A DNA stretch of 64,000 nt. It comes from Chlamydiales bacterium. GTDB taxonomy: Bacteria; Chlamydiota; Chlamydiia; Chlamydiales; SM23-39. The stretch is from contig DATIHO010000064.1 in assembly GCA_035480615.1 (NCBI GenBank), positions 5,259 through 69,258 on the forward strand, given 5' to 3'. How positions within the stretch are numbered: position 1 is the stretch's first letter; the number at the start of each line of letters is the position of its first letter. Below the pieces are notes generated by a model. That model worked only from the letters and a program-made list of their open reading frames with translations, ran no database searches and was not told where the DNA came from. The translations under genes were made by a program, and so were the position numbers. Below, one piece after another: positions 27,425 to 37,283 of the stretch.

Positions 27425-29536
27425 TTATCGATGGACATGTACATTGGACTCGACAGCAGCACGATGGCTCAACTTAATTTGGCCTCTGTCATTAATGTCC
27501 AGTACTTTCACTTCGATTGCATCGCCTTCTCTGAAAGGGGCGTCGTGGATATTTTGGAGCCGTGTTTTGGAAATTTCAGAAATATGGCATAGCCCCTCTT
27601 TTCCAAAAATTTCGACAAAATATCCAAATGGCATAATCGATGTGATTTTTCCATGATAAATTTTGCCGATCTCCACCTCTGCAGTGAGGTTCGTGATGAT
27701 TTGTTTGGCCCGTTTCATTGATTCCACGTTGCTTGATGCAATGCTGACAAGGCCGCTATCATTAATATCGATTTGAGCGCCGGTCTCTTCAATGATGGCC
27801 CGGATTTGCTTGCCACCCGGACCAATGATAACGCCGATTTTGCTTGGCTTGACTTGGATGGTTTCAATGCGAGGCGCATGGGCAGACATTTCCTTTTTAG
27901 GCTTGGGGCAGATTGCCAGCATTTTATGAAGGATATGGGTAATCCCTTCTTTGGCTTGAGCCAGAGCACTTTGCATAATCGCATGTGTAATCCCTTCGAC
28001 TTTGATGTCCATTTGGAAAGCGCTAATGCCCTGATCGTCGCCGGTGATTTTAAAATCCATATCGCCAAGAGCATCTTCAGCTCCTAAAATATCGGAAAGA
28101 ATTGCATGTTTCCCCTCTTCAAGAATGAGCCCCATGGCGATTCCAGCAACGGGACGTGTAATGGGCACTCCTGCGTCCATCATTGCGAGACAGCCGCCGC
28201 ATACAGAGGCCATAGAAGAAGACCCATTGGATTCAGTAATATTTGATTCGAGACGAATTACATAAGGAAAGTGTTCCTGTTTGGGCAAGATGGCATTTAA
28301 AGCCCTTTCAGCGAGCTTGCCATGGCCGATTTCTCTTCGTCCGGGAGCGCCGATACGCCCCACTTCCCCAACAGAAAAAGGGGGAAAGGAATATTGCAGA
28401 TAGAAACGAGCAAGCCCCTCGCCATTTAAATCCTCGAATCGTTGACCCGACGCTTCGCCGCCAAGGGTACAGATCGCTAAAGTCTGAGTTTCTCCTCGAG
28501 TAAATAGCGCACTGCCATGGGTTCGGGGAAGGAGCGATGGCTCGATGTCAATCTGCCGAATCTCTTTTAAAGCGCGGCCATCGATGCGGCGTCCTTCTTC
28601 AAGAACCATTGTTCGCATCAGGGATGACTGAAGATTTTTGTAAGCCATAAGAATATCTGTTTTGGCTTGTTTATCTTCTCCTTCTTGAGGCAATAATGAT
28701 TGTAAAACACTCTCCTGGATTTCAGATAGTTTTTGTTCCCGTTCTTGTTTGGAAGCAATTCTAAGCGTCGATTCGAGCTGGTCTCGAGCCGCTTGGTTAA
28801 CAGCGCTTGCCACTTCTTCGGGAATCTTGTGAAGAGTATCGAGTTTTTTAGGCTTGCCGAGTTTTTCCCGCCATTGCGCCAATTCTTTGCAAATTCCGGA
28901 AATGGCTAATTGCCCTTTTTCAATGGCTTCGAGAATCTGCCCTTCTGTAAGAAAGTCGCAAAATCCCTCAATCATCAAAATAGCGTCTTCTGTTCCCGCC
29001 AGGACCAGGTCCAGCCGAGATCTTTTCATTTCCTCAATGGTAGGATTGATCATGAATTCATCATCGATCAAACCCACTCGGACAGCCCCGATTGGCTTGA
29101 TGAGCGGAATATCGGAGATGACAAGCGCTGCGGATGCCGCGCAAATGGCAAGGACGTCAGGGTTATTGACTCCATCATAAGAAAAAACATAGGACAGCAG
29201 CTGTACTTCATTATGGTAGCCATCTTCAAACATCGGTCTGAGTGGACGATCGATCAGACGGCTCACCAGGATCTCTCTTTCTGTCGGACGCCCTTCTCGT
29301 TTAATAAAGCCGCCAGCGGTTCTTCCAGCGGATGAATATTTTTCCTGATAATCAACCCTCATAGGAAGAAAATCAACTCCGACATTCGCGTCGGGGGAGG
29401 CGCAAGCCGATGCAAAGACAATTGTCTCTTCGCAATGAAGCATGACAGATCCATTGGCCTGTCTTGCAATTTTACCAGTTTCAAATTTGAGGATTTTGCT
29501 TCCTGCCTTTACGGCGATTGTTTCTTTTTGGGGCAT
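27425..29536 (-). CDS. pnp: Polyribonucleotide nucleotidyltransferase (PNPase)
   Basis: Two RNase PH domains followed by KH and S1 domains (GKIYHGKITSIMPFGYFVEI). Start taken at MPQKETIAV. Confidence 0.95.
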   Translation of the reverse strand: MPQKETIAVKAGSKILKFETGKIARQANGSVMLHCEETIVFASACASPDANVGVDFLPMRVDYQEKYSSAGRTAGGFIKREGRPTEREILVSRLIDRPLRPMFEDGYHNEVQLLSYVFSYDGVNNPDVLAICAASAALVISDIPLIKPIGAVRVGLIDDEFMINPTIEEMKRSRLDLVLAGTEDAILMIEGFCDFLTEGQILEAIEKGQLAISGICKELAQWREKLGKPKKLDTLHKIPEEVASAVNQAARDQLESTLRIASKQEREQKLSEIQESVLQSLLPQEGEDKQAKTDILMAYKNLQSSLMRTMVLEEGRRIDGRALKEIRQIDIEPSLLPRTHGSALFTRGETQTLAICTLGGEASGQRFEDLNGEGLARFYLQYSFPPFSVGEVGRIGAPGRREIGHGKLAERALNAILPKQEHFPYVIRLESNITESNGSSSMASVCGGCLAMMDAGVPITRPVAGIAMGLILEEGKHAILSDILGAEDALGDMDFKITGDDQGISAFQMDIKVEGITHAIMQSALAQAKEGITHILHKMLAICPKPKKEMSAHAPRIETIQVKPSKIGVIIGPGGKQIRAIIEETGAQIDINDSGLVSIASSNVESMKRAKQIITNLTAEVEIGKIYHGKITSIMPFGYFVEIFGKEGLCHISEISKTRLQNIHDAPFREGDAIEVKVLDINDRGQIKLSHRAAVESNVHVHR

Positions 29537-29626
29537 TTTCAGGTCTTCTCCATATGTAGAACAAGCAAGGATAATATTTACTGCATTGCAGTGAGTGTTA
29601 AAGGAACCCACTGCAAAGAAAAAGAT

Positions 29627-29896
29627 TTATTTTCTAAGATTCAAACGGACGATAAGATTTTGGTATCGTTTGGTATCCGTAGAATTAAGATAATCAAGCA
29701 ACTTTCTTCGTTGACCAACGAGCTTTAGGAGAGCAAGCCTTGAGCTATGATCTTTTGGAGCTAGTTTCAGGTGTTCGGTAAGTTCAGCAATTCTTTCAGT
29801 CAGGATTGCGATTTGGACGTCGGCGGATCCGGTGTCCTTTTCGTGTAGTTGAAATTTTTTTGTGATTTCTTCCTTGGTACCTTTGTCTAAAGACAT
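29627..29896 (-). CDS. rpsO: 30S ribosomal protein S15
   Basis: [22 protein letters not shown]...[22 protein letters not shown]. Confidence 0.95.
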   Translation of the reverse strand: MSLDKGTKEEITKKFQLHEKDTGSADVQIAILTERIAELTEHLKLAPKDHSSRLALLKLVGQRRKLLDYLNSTDTKRYQNLIVRLNLRK

Positions 29897-29993
29897 CGAG
29901 GAGACTCTCCGATTTAAGTTTTTTAAGTTAACACGGCCATTGTACTCGATTTTGAATATACGTTCAAGGGCTTACTTCAGAGACTGAGGAAGA

Positions 29994-30029
29994 TATACCC
30001 AAAGTGATTCAAGAATCACTTTGGGTATA
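29994..30029. repeat. Perfect 36-nt palindrome made of two family C termini
   Basis: TATACCCAAAGTGATTC-AA-GAATCACTTTGGGTATA: 17-nt perfect arms. It overlaps the stop codon of the lptF/G-family gene. Confidence 0.85.
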
Positions 30030-31131
30030 ATCTTTCAAGATAACTCTTCACATCCCTCCCCCGTGCAATCAACGCGATTCGGCCAATGGAACAAATCCCA
30101 ATGAGAAGATGGGGGATTAAAGTGCAAAAAAATGCAATAACAGGGTGTCCCTTCATCTCTTTCAGTCCTAAATAAGTCATGAACACAGTTGCCGCGAGCA
30201 GCAAAGTCCAAATCAGTTTCATTTTAGAAAACCGGCGGGCAGGCTCAATTCCAAACGCGCATCCGAGAAGAGTAAATGTAAAAACGGCCACTGTAAGCGA
30301 TATGCGGCGCATGATTTCAATGCATGCATGAGGTCCTTTTTTTCCCTCTTCCCGCATTTGACAACAAAGCAAACGGAGGCCTAACGCGTTTGGTTCCGCT
30401 CGCGGCCTGTGTTTTTTTAAAGCTGCTGAAAGGATGGAAGCCTTGGTGGACATCTCTTTTTGATTTTCGATCAAAAGCGGATCAAAGAGATCTTCTGATT
30501 GGAGATGAGTGAGGATCGAAAGGCCATAGCCTAAAAGTTCCGATCCTTCGATCTTTAATTGTTTTGCGGAAAAAAAATTCAGCCTCCGATTGCTTTTATT
30601 ATAAGCAATCAACATGAAATCGTTTGCCTGTGCACAATCATCTTTTACATCCATTTTAACATAAGCATGTTTGATTTTTACGAGATTTTGTCTTTGCATG
30701 AGCAGCAGGGGATTGGCGGAAGTTTCCTTGTACAAGAGCGCTCTGGATTTACGCCAGCAAAAAGGGGAGAGGTCTGCGCAAAAAGAAAAATTGAAACAAG
30801 CTAGAAAAAACGCGGCGCATAATAAAGGGCTGACAAGCGATTGAAAACTAAATCCCGAAGCTCGAAAAGCCACCAATTCGTAATTTCTGCTAAGACGTTG
30901 AAATAAAAGAAATGAGGAGACAAGAGCCGATATCGGAATTGCGAGTGGCAAAATGAAAGGGATTTGATAAAAAATGAACAGCGCTGTTTTGAGCCAGTTT
31001 CCCGAGAGAGCCGTGAAGCGGGCAATTTCCTTGAAGCGCGAAACGATTAACACGGACACAAATGTGCACACGCTTAAAGCAAATATTTTCAAATAGCCTT
31101 TTAGTAAATAACGGCAAAAAAGAGGGACCAT
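30016..31131 (-). CDS. LptF/LptG (YjgP/YjgQ) family permease
   Basis: N-terminus LFCRYLLKGYLKIFALSVCTFVSVLIV, six TM segments, and a central periplasmic domain. Confidence 0.75.
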   Translation of the reverse strand: MVPLFCRYLLKGYLKIFALSVCTFVSVLIVSRFKEIARFTALSGNWLKTALFIFYQIPFILPLAIPISALVSSFLLFQRLSRNYELVAFRASGFSFQSLVSPLLCAAFFLACFNFSFCADLSPFCWRKSRALLYKETSANPLLLMQRQNLVKIKHAYVKMDVKDDCAQANDFMLIAYNKSNRRLNFFSAKQLKIEGSELLGYGLSILTHLQSEDLFDPLLIENQKEMSTKASILSAALKKHRPRAEPNALGLRLLCCQMREEGKKGPHACIEIMRRISLTVAVFTFTLLGCAFGIEPARRFSKMKLIWTLLLAATVFMTYLGLKEMKGHPVIAFFCTLIPHLLIGICSIGRIALIARGRDVKSYLERLYPK

Positions 31132-31144
31132 ACCATCTTGAGTT

Positions 31145-31189
31145 TATACCAAAAATGATTCAAGATATACCCAAAATGATTCAAGAATG
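31145..31189. repeat. Two tandem family C termini
   Basis: TATACCAAAAATGATTCAAGA followed by TATACCCAAAATGATTCAAGAATG. Confidence 0.75.
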
Positions 31190-32498
31190 TGTGGCAAATT
31201 TTTTGGGACGAAATTGGGATGGATGCAGCCCTCTTTTGTTGGGTTATTCAGGAGGGCCGGATTCTAAAGCCCTCCTGTATGCTCTTTTGGAATCGGGATG
31301 TACGCGTCTTCATTTGGCCCATGTCGATCATGGTTGGCGATTGAACAGTAGAGAGGAGGCTTTACAGCTCGAAGAGGAAGCCGAAGCCTTAAATTTACCA
31401 TTCCATATGATTCGTTTGGAGCCCATTATGAAAAACAGGGAAGCGGCTGCAAGAAAACAACGGCTCGCTTTTTTTCATTCATTGTTCAGGACGATTCCTT
31501 TTCAAGCGTTGCTTTTAGCCCATCATGCAGACGATCTTGCAGAAACGGTTTTAAAAAGAATATTTGAAGGGGCGCACCTTTGCTCTTTGGGTGCAATGGA
31601 GCCAATTTCAAAGATTGAGGAAATGAACATCTGGCGTCCGCTCCTTTCCATTAAAAAAACGGAGACGATTGCTTTCCTTGAATGCAAAGGGCTGCATCCT
31701 CTCATCGATGAAACCAATTTTGATCCTCAGTACCTAAGGTCTAGAATGCGGATGAAAATCCTGCCATATCTCTCTCAACTTTTTGGAAAAGAAATTACGG
31801 AAAATCTTCTTTTTCTGCAGAAACGGGGGAGTGAACTTGAAGTCTATTTAAATCAAAAGACACAGGATCGTTTGCCGAGCGTCGGACCTTGGGGGCTTTG
31901 TGGTTTTTTAAGCGATCTCGCTCGCTTGGAAGCGCGCCATCTTTTGCTTGCCTGGAGCCGCATGCAGCAGATCCTTTTGCCTCGATCCTTACTCGAAAAG
32001 ACATTGGATGCCATTTATTTACACATCCCAAATCGGCGCATCTCAGAGCGTATTGTCGTCGACCGGGGATATGTATTTTTCCTCGCAAAAAAACGGCCTT
32101 CCTTTGGACAAAACGCTCTTTTGTTACATACTGGCCTTTGGCGCTTTGGAGATTGGGAAGTGGAAATAAACAATAGAGAGGCAAATATTGAGGAAATTGG
32201 GTGGCAAGGTATTTGGAGAGGCGATTTCACTGTGGCAGCTCCTAAAGGATGTCTGCGGATGCCTCATGCAAAAGATCGACTGCGCCGTCTGTGGAATGAA
32301 AAAAAAGTGCCGGCGTTCATCCGTTGTCAAATCCCTGTAGTAGAGCCCGTGATAGAGCCCCAAATAGAGATAGGGTGTAAGGTAAAAGAATTTCTTTCCG
32401 GCAACACATGTCCCGATCACAACTTGTTACTATCATTCAGATTCATCGGCTCAAAAGCGCCCGAAAATCGACGAAGCCTGGGTTTTACAGCTTCTTAG
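31176..32498 (+). CDS. tilS: tRNA(Ile)-lysidine synthetase
   Basis: PP-loop LLGYSGGPDSKAL. Start set at the Met inside or after the repeat (31155 is an alternative). The stop TAG lies in a family B fragment. Confidence 0.85.
   Translation: MIQECVANFLGRNWDGCSPLLLGYSGGPDSKALLYALLESGCTRLHLAHVDHGWRLNSREEALQLEEEAEALNLPFHMIRLEPIMKNREAAARKQRLAFFHSLFRTIPFQALLLAHHADDLAETVLKRIFEGAHLCSLGAMEPISKIEEMNIWRPLLSIKKTETIAFLECKGLHPLIDETNFDPQYLRSRMRMKILPYLSQLFGKEITENLLFLQKRGSELEVYLNQKTQDRLPSVGPWGLCGFLSDLARLEARHLLLAWSRMQQILLPRSLLEKTLDAIYLHIPNRRISERIVVDRGYVFFLAKKRPSFGQNALLLHTGLWRFGDWEVEINNREANIEEIGWQGIWRGDFTVAAPKGCLRMPHAKDRLRRLWNEKKVPAFIRCQIPVVEPVIEPQIEIGCKVKEFLSGNTCPDHNLLLSFRFIGSKAPENRRSLGFTAS
32447..32498. repeat. 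Family B right-arm fragment
   Basis: CGGCTCAAAAGCGCCCGAAAATCGACGAAGCCTGGGTTTTACAGCTTCTTAG aligns with 14889-14941. Confidence 0.7.
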
Positions 32499-32726
32499 CC
32501 GCTCATATACAAAATGATCTGCAAAAAACAGACAAATTATTTTTTTTTTGCTATGTGAAGGTGATGGTTCGAACACCTTCTCGAGAGACTGTTGTCGAAG
32601 CCTCTCAGAATGACCTTTACTTTTTCATAGGAACTTGATTTAATTAACCCTGCTAAATAGAGCAGGTTGCAGATATCTCTTTAGAAAAAAGTTAAAACGA
32701 ATGAATCAACCAAAAATAAGGCGTGT

Positions 32727-35486
32727 ATGGCCAAAATGAGACCCGATTCAAAAAAAAGTTTTCCAGGTGGAGTGCTTCTCTTTATTATCGCTGGAATGTT
32801 GCTTGTCTTTGGAGTGCACACTTTTACCAATACGGCGGTGGGCAGAGTATCATTTAGCCATCAAGCTGAACATCTTACAAATCTCAATTTAACGGTTCCT
32901 GAAGAAAATCGAAAAATTGCGCAAAATGACAATCTGGTGACATTCAGCGGACGTTTCAGAGATGCGGCTCCTGAAGAAAGCAGCGGTCGGTTCCATTACC
33001 TGGAGCTGCTCGATGAACATCATCGCTTAACTTCTGAAACAGACGCGATTTCAAAAGACCTCGATCAACTTCAAAAAAATGTGCAGGAAGCCGCCGATCT
33101 TTATCTTCATATTAGCGGCCAGCTGCTGCCCCGCGCCGGATATATGGTTGTGGGCAGTTTATATGACACTCTGGATCGAGACAGTTCAGTGATCATTAGA
33201 GAATTATCGGAACGTTCCATCACCGGCCTTCCATTGATCCAGAAAAGTTTGCATATAGCTCAGAGAGCGCAAACGATAGATAGTTTAGAAACGACTCGAG
33301 GAGAAATTCGAGATATCATTTCTCTTCTCCGCTCTTCCGCTTTAGGTATTGGCAGCGAAACGATGAAGCAGCAGCTCAAAACATTGGACATGCAGCTCTT
33401 AGCTGCCGTTGACCTAACCGCTGAGGAGCAGCTTCGCCATTATCAGCATGCATTTCATCAAATTTCTTCATTAGTTACTGAACTGGGTCGCGAACAGGAT
33501 GGGGTGCGTCTTTCGGCTCTTCGCGCGGTCAGGCATTATGTAGATGAGCTGAAACAGTATGTCCAGCTCTCGGCCTCTCTTGAAAAGAATACGGCGCTTC
33601 TGGATAAAGCGAGGGCAAAAGTTGCAAATGTGATTTGGTTTTTCAATAACCAGGAGCTTTCTACCCGTTCTCTTGAAAAGCGAGATCCTGAAGTATTTGG
33701 CCATTGGTTTGTGCAAGCAAAACAAGAGTGGGAAAATTTTTCATCGAATAAAGGATTAACGTATCGCGCCCCCGATCAGCCTCGCAATATGGTTTTGGAG
33801 AAAACGTTTAAAAGCCAAGAACCTTCTCCCAATTATTTTAGCTATATTTTAACGATTTTGCCGATTGTTTTAGTGTTTCTTTTCCTCTATTTTATTTTTT
33901 CGCGCCAAATGAAAGGAGTGGGATCGTCCGCGATGAACTTTGGTAAATCGCCTGCCAAATTGATGACCAAAGAGACGAATAAAGCCACTTTTAAAGATGT
34001 TGCCGGAGCAGATGAAGCGAAAGAAGAGTTGACGGAGATTGTAGATTTTCTAAAAGATCCTCAAAAATTTACTGCCTTGGGAGCCCGGATTCCTAAAGGA
34101 GTGCTCCTTGTAGGTCCTCCCGGAACAGGAAAAACGCTGATTGCAAAAGCGGTTGCGGGCGAGGCTGACAGACCTTTCTTCTCGATTTCAGGATCAGATT
34201 TTGTTGAAATGTTTGTCGGTGTGGGAGCAAGCCGCATCCGCGATATGTTTGACCAGGCAAAAAAAAATGCCCCATGCATTATTTTTATGGATGAGATCGA
34301 CGCTGTCGGTCGCCATCGGGGCGCCGGGATTGGCGGAGGACATGATGAGAGAGAGCAAACGCTGAATCAGTTATTGGTTGAAATGGACGGTTTTGATAGC
34401 AAAGAAGGGGTTATTTTGATGGCTGCAACGAACCGCCCTGACGTCCTTGACCGCGCTCTTTTACGTCCTGGACGGTTTGATCGGCGGGTGGTTCTTGACT
34501 TGCCCGATGTGAAAGGACGTCATGAAATCTTAAAAGTGCATGCTCGTAAAATTAAAATCGATGCATCTGTTGCATTGCATGAAATCGCTCGCAGCACTCC
34601 AGGCGCATCGGGAGCTGATTTGGAAAATATTTTAAATGAAGCGGCGCTTTTAGCAGCGAGAAAAGGGCGCTCTGCTGTAACTGCCGGCGAAGTAAAAGAA
34701 GCTTGCGATAAAGTCCGTTATGGAAAAGAACGGCGCAGCCTGGAAATGGATGCAAATGAAAAAAAGACCACAGCTTTTCATGAATCGGGACATGCAATCG
34801 CAGGTCTTGTTGTCCAATATAGCGATCCAGTTGATAAAGTCACTATTATCCCACGCGGGTTTTCTTTGGGAGCCACTCACTTTATGCCGAAGAAAAATCG
34901 ATTGAGTTACTGGAAAAAAGAGGTGCTTGACCAGCTTGTTGTATTGATGGGTGGGCGTGCTGCGGAAGAGATTTTTATAAAAGATTTTTCTTCAGGCGCG
35001 CAGCATGACATTATGCAAGCGACCAAAATCGCTCGAAGCATGGTGTGCGAATGGGGAATGAGTAGTGAGCTTGGCGCGGTTCTTTATGACGAAAGGAGTG
35101 AATCGGGCCAGTATCTCGGCATGGCCGGTTTTCATGAAAAGAACTATTCGCAAGAAACAGCGCAAAAAATCGATGCCGAAGTCAAGGCGCTCATTGATAC
35201 AGCTTACGCACGGGCCGTCGAAATTCTCGAAGAGATGAAAGAAAAAGTCGAACTCATGTCTTCTATGTTGATCGAATTCGAAACTCTCGATGCAATAGAC
35301 GTCAAAGAGATCATGGATGGCACTTGGGATATTGAAAAAAAACGGGAACGGCTCCAAGAGGCAGACAAACTGCAAAAGATCAATCCGCCCCCCCCTCCTC
35401 CCTTGCCGCTTAAGAATTTGGATCCTCAGCCTATGCCCCCAAAACCGGATGGCATTCAGCCTGAGCTCAATAGATCTCTTTCTTAA
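32727..35486 (+). CDS. ftsH: ATP-dependent zinc metalloprotease FtsH (long N-terminal periplasmic domain)
   Basis: [18 protein letters not shown], the SRH region, and HESGHAI. The ~919-aa length matches Chlamydiae FtsH. Confidence 0.95.
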   Translation: MAKMRPDSKKSFPGGVLLFIIAGMLLVFGVHTFTNTAVGRVSFSHQAEHLTNLNLTVPEENRKIAQNDNLVTFSGRFRDAAPEESSGRFHYLELLDEHHRLTSETDAISKDLDQLQKNVQEAADLYLHISGQLLPRAGYMVVGSLYDTLDRDSSVIIRELSERSITGLPLIQKSLHIAQRAQTIDSLETTRGEIRDIISLLRSSALGIGSETMKQQLKTLDMQLLAAVDLTAEEQLRHYQHAFHQISSLVTELGREQDGVRLSALRAVRHYVDELKQYVQLSASLEKNTALLDKARAKVANVIWFFNNQELSTRSLEKRDPEVFGHWFVQAKQEWENFSSNKGLTYRAPDQPRNMVLEKTFKSQEPSPNYFSYILTILPIVLVFLFLYFIFSRQMKGVGSSAMNFGKSPAKLMTKETNKATFKDVAGADEAKEELTEIVDFLKDPQKFTALGARIPKGVLLVGPPGTGKTLIAKAVAGEADRPFFSISGSDFVEMFVGVGASRIRDMFDQAKKNAPCIIFMDEIDAVGRHRGAGIGGGHDEREQTLNQLLVEMDGFDSKEGVILMAATNRPDVLDRALLRPGRFDRRVVLDLPDVKGRHEILKVHARKIKIDASVALHEIARSTPGASGADLENILNEAALLAARKGRSAVTAGEVKEACDKVRYGKERRSLEMDANEKKTTAFHESGHAIAGLVVQYSDPVDKVTIIPRGFSLGATHFMPKKNRLSYWKKEVLDQLVVLMGGRAAEEIFIKDFSSGAQHDIMQATKIARSMVCEWGMSSELGAVLYDERSESGQYLGMAGFHEKNYSQETAQKIDAEVKALIDTAYARAVEILEEMKEKVELMSSMLIEFETLDAIDVKEIMDGTWDIEKKRERLQEADKLQKINPPPPPPLPLKNLDPQPMPPKPDGIQPELNRSLS

Positions 35487-35496
35487 CAAAAGAGCA

Positions 35497-37224
35497 CTAG
35501 TGGTCTAGATATTTTAAAATTTCTTTGAGAGGACGGGTGTTGAGGACATTTTTTTTTTCAAGCCACCCTTTGCGTGCAATGTTCACTCCACAGCGGAAAA
35601 ATTGGTGGTGGGAAACAGCATGGGCATCCGTATTGATGCAACATAGCAGCCCTTTTTCTTTTGCCTTGTGCCAATAACGCCAATCCATTTCCATCCGGTT
35701 TGGGTTCCCATTGATCTCAATGATCTTTTTATTGGCAATGCAAGCATCGATCACTTTATTTATATTGATTTTGTATCCTTCTCTTTTAAGTAGCAGTCTT
35801 CCTGTAATATGGCCCAGCATTGTCATGTAGGGATTTTCAATGGCCCGGATCATTCTCTTTGTCATTGTCTTTTCGTCTTGCGTCAATGAGGAATGGACCG
35901 ATGCAATCACAAAATCGAGTTTTTTTAAAAGATCATCTGAAAAATCAAGAGTTCCATTTGCAAGGATATCGCACTCAGTTCCTGAAAAAATATGAATTTT
36001 AAACTTTTGAGAATGATTTATCTGTTTGATTTGCCGGACTTGTTCCATCAAACGCTCTTCGTTCAGTCCATTTGCCTGAACGCTTGATTTCGAATGGTCG
36101 GAAATTCCAATATATTCCCATCCCATCTTCTCTGCTCCTTCAACCATGTCTTTTAAATGATTACGTCCATCGGATGCAGTTGTGTGGTTATGGAAGGTGC
36201 CGCGAATTTCTTTTTCTTCAAGAAGCATGGGGAGCGTCCTTTTTTCTGCGGCTTCGATTTCTTCCGCATCTTCGCGAAGCTCTGGAGGAATGTAGGAGAG
36301 ATTAAGCGATTGATAGAGATCAGATTCGTTTAGAATTTTTTTAAATTTTCTGCCTGCCCCTTTTTGCGTGGATTCAAAACCATATTCACTGAGCGACCAC
36401 CCTTTTTTTAAAGAGCGATGGCGAATGCGGATGTTGTGTTCTTTGGATCCGGTAAAGTAACAAAGAGCAAAGGCAAATTGGCTGGCAGGAACAATCCGTA
36501 AATCAAGCTGCATCCCAATTTTTAGCCTTACGCTTGTTTTCGTTGTTCCTTTTGCTAAAATTTTTTCGATAAAGGGTTGAGAGACAAACCAATTCATTAA
36601 TTTTTCCGGATGGGCAGAAGCGACTATCAGATCAATATCTCCAATAGTTTCCAGTTTCCTCCTCAAGCTTCCTGCAATCTCTGCCTGTTTGACCTCTTTT
36701 TGTTTTTTTAAAGCTTCTAAGATGGGCTGGGCGTTTTGCAATGCATCCCACCAAAGATGTCTTTTCTGATATGTTTCTCCTTGTGCGATCGCATCGAGAA
36801 TGTTCTTTTCTGTTTTGATGCCAAACCCTTTCAGATTGGCAACTTGACCATTTAGGCACGCTTTTTTGAGCTGGTCGATATTTTGGATTTTCAGTTTCTG
36901 ATGGAGAATTTTGACTTTTTTAGGTCCAAGACCCGGAAGTTGGATCAGTTTGAAAATCCCGGAAGGAATCGATCGTTTGAGCTTTTCATGAAATGTCAGT
37001 GTCTGATTTTTAGCAAGTTTTGAAATTTTGTCCGCAAGATCCTCGCCGATGCCCGGCAAATCGGTCAATGTTTTTTTCTCAATCAAATCGTCAAGCTCTC
37101 TTTCCGAGTTCAGTAAAGAACGGGCCGCATTGCGATAGGCGCGAATCCGAAACGGGTTGGCTCCCTTCAGCTCCAGCAAAGTCGCAATTTCTTCAAATGT
37201 TGCAGCAATTTCATTTTTGTCCAT
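35497..37224 (-). CDS. Family X DNA polymerase with a C-terminal PHP domain (PolX)
   Basis: The N-terminal helix-hairpin-helix region (FEEIATLLELKGANPFRIRAYRNAARSL) and GSLRR match the Pol beta fold. HNHTTASDG matches the PHP domain. Confidence 0.85.
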   Translation of the reverse strand: MDKNEIAATFEEIATLLELKGANPFRIRAYRNAARSLLNSERELDDLIEKKTLTDLPGIGEDLADKISKLAKNQTLTFHEKLKRSIPSGIFKLIQLPGLGPKKVKILHQKLKIQNIDQLKKACLNGQVANLKGFGIKTEKNILDAIAQGETYQKRHLWWDALQNAQPILEALKKQKEVKQAEIAGSLRRKLETIGDIDLIVASAHPEKLMNWFVSQPFIEKILAKGTTKTSVRLKIGMQLDLRIVPASQFAFALCYFTGSKEHNIRIRHRSLKKGWSLSEYGFESTQKGAGRKFKKILNESDLYQSLNLSYIPPELREDAEEIEAAEKRTLPMLLEEKEIRGTFHNHTTASDGRNHLKDMVEGAEKMGWEYIGISDHSKSSVQANGLNEERLMEQVRQIKQINHSQKFKIHIFSGTECDILANGTLDFSDDLLKKLDFVIASVHSSLTQDEKTMTKRMIRAIENPYMTMLGHITGRLLLKREGYKININKVIDACIANKKIIEINGNPNRMEMDWRYWHKAKEKGLLCCINTDAHAVSHHQFFRCGVNIARKGWLEKKNVLNTRPLKEILKYLDH

Positions 37225-37283
37225 ATCTGGCTATTTCCTACAAATATTGAAATTAATTCAACTAATCAGTATTCCTAGCAGAA

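Noticed and set aside
31062-31175. A long N-terminal extension of tilS (HLEFIPKMIQDIPKMIQE)
   Set aside because: The extension overlaps the divergent lptF/G-family gene and consists of tandem family C repeat termini. The conserved TilS sequence begins after them.
32555-32595. A GGTTCGAA (tRNA T-loop-like) motif within a hairpin in the tilS-ftsH intergenic region
   Set aside because: The stem is 7 bp with a 10-nt loop. No acceptor, D or anticodon arms can be drawn around it, so it is not a tRNA. It may be just a leader hairpin.
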